NCBI GenBank assembly: GCA_018398765.1
Contig: JAHBMJ010000499.1
Coordinates: 62,001-126,000, forward strand
DNA length: 64,000 nucleotides
Direction: 5' to 3'
DNA from: Chromera velia
Taxonomy: Eukaryota
Below are positions 61,652-64,000 of the stretch, one piece after another. The notes beneath the pieces are model-generated. The model was not told where the DNA came from. It saw nothing but the letters and a program-made list of their open reading frames with translations, and did not search any database. How positions within the stretch are numbered: the stretch's first letter is position 1; the number at the start of each line of letters is the position of its first letter. The translations under genes and the position numbers were made by a program.

Positions 61652-63300
61652 ATGTCTTTGGGGATTGAGGTAGGCGGTGTCACGTACACGCTGACAGAGG
61701 ATAAAGTGAATCTCTACCTGGCAGCGTTCGGAATTTTCGACAAGAAGGATGACGGAACTGTTTCTGTCGAGTCAGTTCAATTCACATAAATTCCTGATTC
61801 AGCACCCAAAACGAAATCACACTACTGGAATACATTACTCGGCTTCTTTTCTGAGCTTTTCTCTTCTTCCTCTCTGTGCAGGGACACAGGGGCGCTGTGG
61901 AGGTCTGTGATGCTGAACCCAACAGAGGAGGAGATCGGTCGGTTGAAGGAGAAGCTGAATCCAGAGGGGGATGGGTTCTTCACTTTGCACCAGTTTCTGA
62001 AACTCTGCGAGGATTCAGACATATGGAAAGCCTCGACAATTCGGGAGGACGACCTTCTTGAAGCCTTCAAAGAATTCGACTACGATGGCACGGGACATGT
62101 GACTACACCCATGCTCCGGTTCATTCTACAAGCCAACGGTGAGTTCTCAAACGCAACTGACCGTCTACATACGTGCAGATCCGTCTTTGTGTGAATATGT
62201 ATGTATGTTTTTCATATCGATGGCAGTTTGTGCACTCGTCTGCTTCTCCATTTGCGTCCTCGCTGATTCTCTCCCTCTCCCTCTTCAGCTCATTGAATTC
62301 CTCTCTCACTCTGCAATGATGCGAGCATGTCAGCTCTCCAGCAAAAGACGTGTATGACTGCAGAAAGTGATGGCGTCTGAAAAGTGTACGGGGAGCTGAA
62401 GTCGACTTTCCTCATACCGTTTGTTTGTTTCGAATCTGAATCACTCGAATGCAAAGATGATTGTGAATGCATGCAGGCGAGGGACTGAGGGACGATGAGG
62501 CAGATGAATTCGTTGAGTGGGCGCAGAAGGTCTGTCTGTCTTTCTGTCTGTCTGTCTGAAAACTGTGGCTGTCATACGGATGGAAAGAAGAGGAAAAAGG
62601 GGAAAGGGAATGAAATGGTCTGTCGAGAAAAAATATCGAGTCTGTCTGCCTCTCTGTCCGTCCGTCCGTCCGAGTGCCCAATATACAGTCAGTCTGTCTG
62701 TCTGGCTTAAGTCTCACCTTTCGGGCCCCCTGCCCACGCTGTTTGATTGTTGGTTCTGTTCTTTTGTCTTCGTTCTCTCTTTCTTTTTGTCTCTTCTGTA
62801 CATGAAGAAAAGAAGGGAGAAGAAGAAACATATAGTCTGTCTTACTGTCTGTCGGTCGGTCAGTTGGTCGGTAGGTCAGTTGGTCAGTCATTCGGTCATT
62901 CCGTCATTCAGTCAGTCATCCTGTCCGCCACTCTCTTTTTCTGCGTGTTGGTGTCTGCCTGTGTGTGTGTTTCTGGCTGACTGTATTTCTGCTGATAGGG
63001 AACAAGAGAGAAAAGGAAAAAGAAGCCACATACTTTGTCTGTTGGCCAGTGTATACCGCCCAACCCCAGTTGGATGCTCACGTTCGACCAAACAGAGCTA
63101 GGGCAGACGCGATGTCTCTCCCCGCATTTTCTCTCCTTTCTCCCCCCCTTCGGGACGTCTGTTTTCTGTCCACATTTGTTTGGTGCCTTTCTTGACTGCA
63201 GGCCCAACAAAATGGATTAAATGTGATGGTTGAGCCTGGTCGGTTCAACTACGAGTTGTTGGTGAAGGCGTTGATCGACAAGAACCCTAACGTCTATTGA
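61652..63300 (+). CDS. Calmodulin-like EF-hand protein (CaM/myosin light chain family), 175 aa, 4 exons
   Basis: Exons 61652-61770, 61882-62138, 62477-62529, 63202-63300. EF loops FDKKDDGTVSVED, LNPEGDGFFTLHQF, FDYDGTGHVTTPML; CaM-like NPTEEEI, LLEAFKEFD and GEGLRDDEADE. Confidence 0.9.
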
Positions 63301-63339
63301 TCTTGGGGATTATTTGGTCTGTTTATTGCCGGTCATTGG

Positions 63340-63860
63340 CAGAAAAAAAGATTGTTCAAACAGTACTACTTTACTTGAAATCACAAAATTCTTGGTATTG
63401 TCATGGTGTTGTCACTATCGCTATATGAGTCGCAGCAGCTTTAACGTACTTACATTAAAAATTCAATTATTCTTCAAATATTTTAGCTTACTTTTAAAGA
63501 ATGTTACCAATAGTCTATAAACAATAGTTATAAAATAGATTGCGATGTATATACGGGTTGATCATTCAGTTGACATTGCATCAATTTATATTAATTTCTA
63601 GATTAATTTAAATGTCAACTAGCTATGTGTGAGACAGTATAAGACAATAGCTAGGACAATAGCTATTAGTTAGCCTAAAACATTTCTAATTAAGCTAGCA
63701 ATTAAGTTATAGTCAACGCTGAACTGATTATGAATTTTAATTTTCAATCATTGCTTTAAAACACTGTATAGATTGGTTGTATAACACTGATATATTAACA
63801 AAAGAATAAAAATGACTCAGAAAGTGTTGCTGGGCCTGAAAACACTTACCAACTTTTTTG
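63340..63860. other. AT-rich island downstream of the calmodulin-like gene
   Basis: Same TpA/CTAG-rich composition as the other three islands. Confidence 0.8.
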
Positions 63861-64000
63861 GTAGGAGCCGCTTCCACTGTCATGGTTACCTAATCCAAAA
63901 CGCAAAACCTTGCTATATGGGCTCATCTTCAATTTTGCTTTCCAGGCCACTCGCAAGTAGTGTGCCAAATGATGTTGGCTTGCATGCAAGCCACTACATA

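Noticed and set aside
1..64000. tRNA, rRNA, snRNA genes or autonomous transposon ORFs
   Set aside because: None recognised by eye; a tRNAscan/Infernal run is needed to exclude them.

Overview
Intron-rich eukaryotic DNA. Microsatellite-laden introns, frequent TGCATGCA motifs and the gene content suggest a chromerid/apicomplexan-related alveolate such as Chromera; this is inference, not a database result. By splicing exons by hand I find seven protein genes in strictly alternating orientation (+ - + - + - +): the 3' end of a CEP290-like coiled-coil protein, a ~710 aa hypothetical protein, a 27-exon oligopeptidase B, a secreted Cys-rich protein with an SFLQ motif and a hydrophobic C-terminus, a cytochrome b561, a giant (~8,300 aa) ankyrin/SPRY-like/HECT E3 ligase and a calmodulin-like EF-hand protein. 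Most listed six-frame ORFs are intronic or antisense shadows. The most striking non-genic signals are: (1) every tail-to-tail junction holds an AT-rich, TpA/CTAG-enriched island, while two of the three head-to-head junctions are short and share a GC palindrome + ATGCATG motif; (2) three tandem ~410-430 bp palindrome-rich elements with Helitron-like but non-canonical ends in the third divergent promoter; (3) a 4x tandem duplication of a splice acceptor in which only the last AG is productive; (4) a GTNNG donor consensus with invariant +5G.
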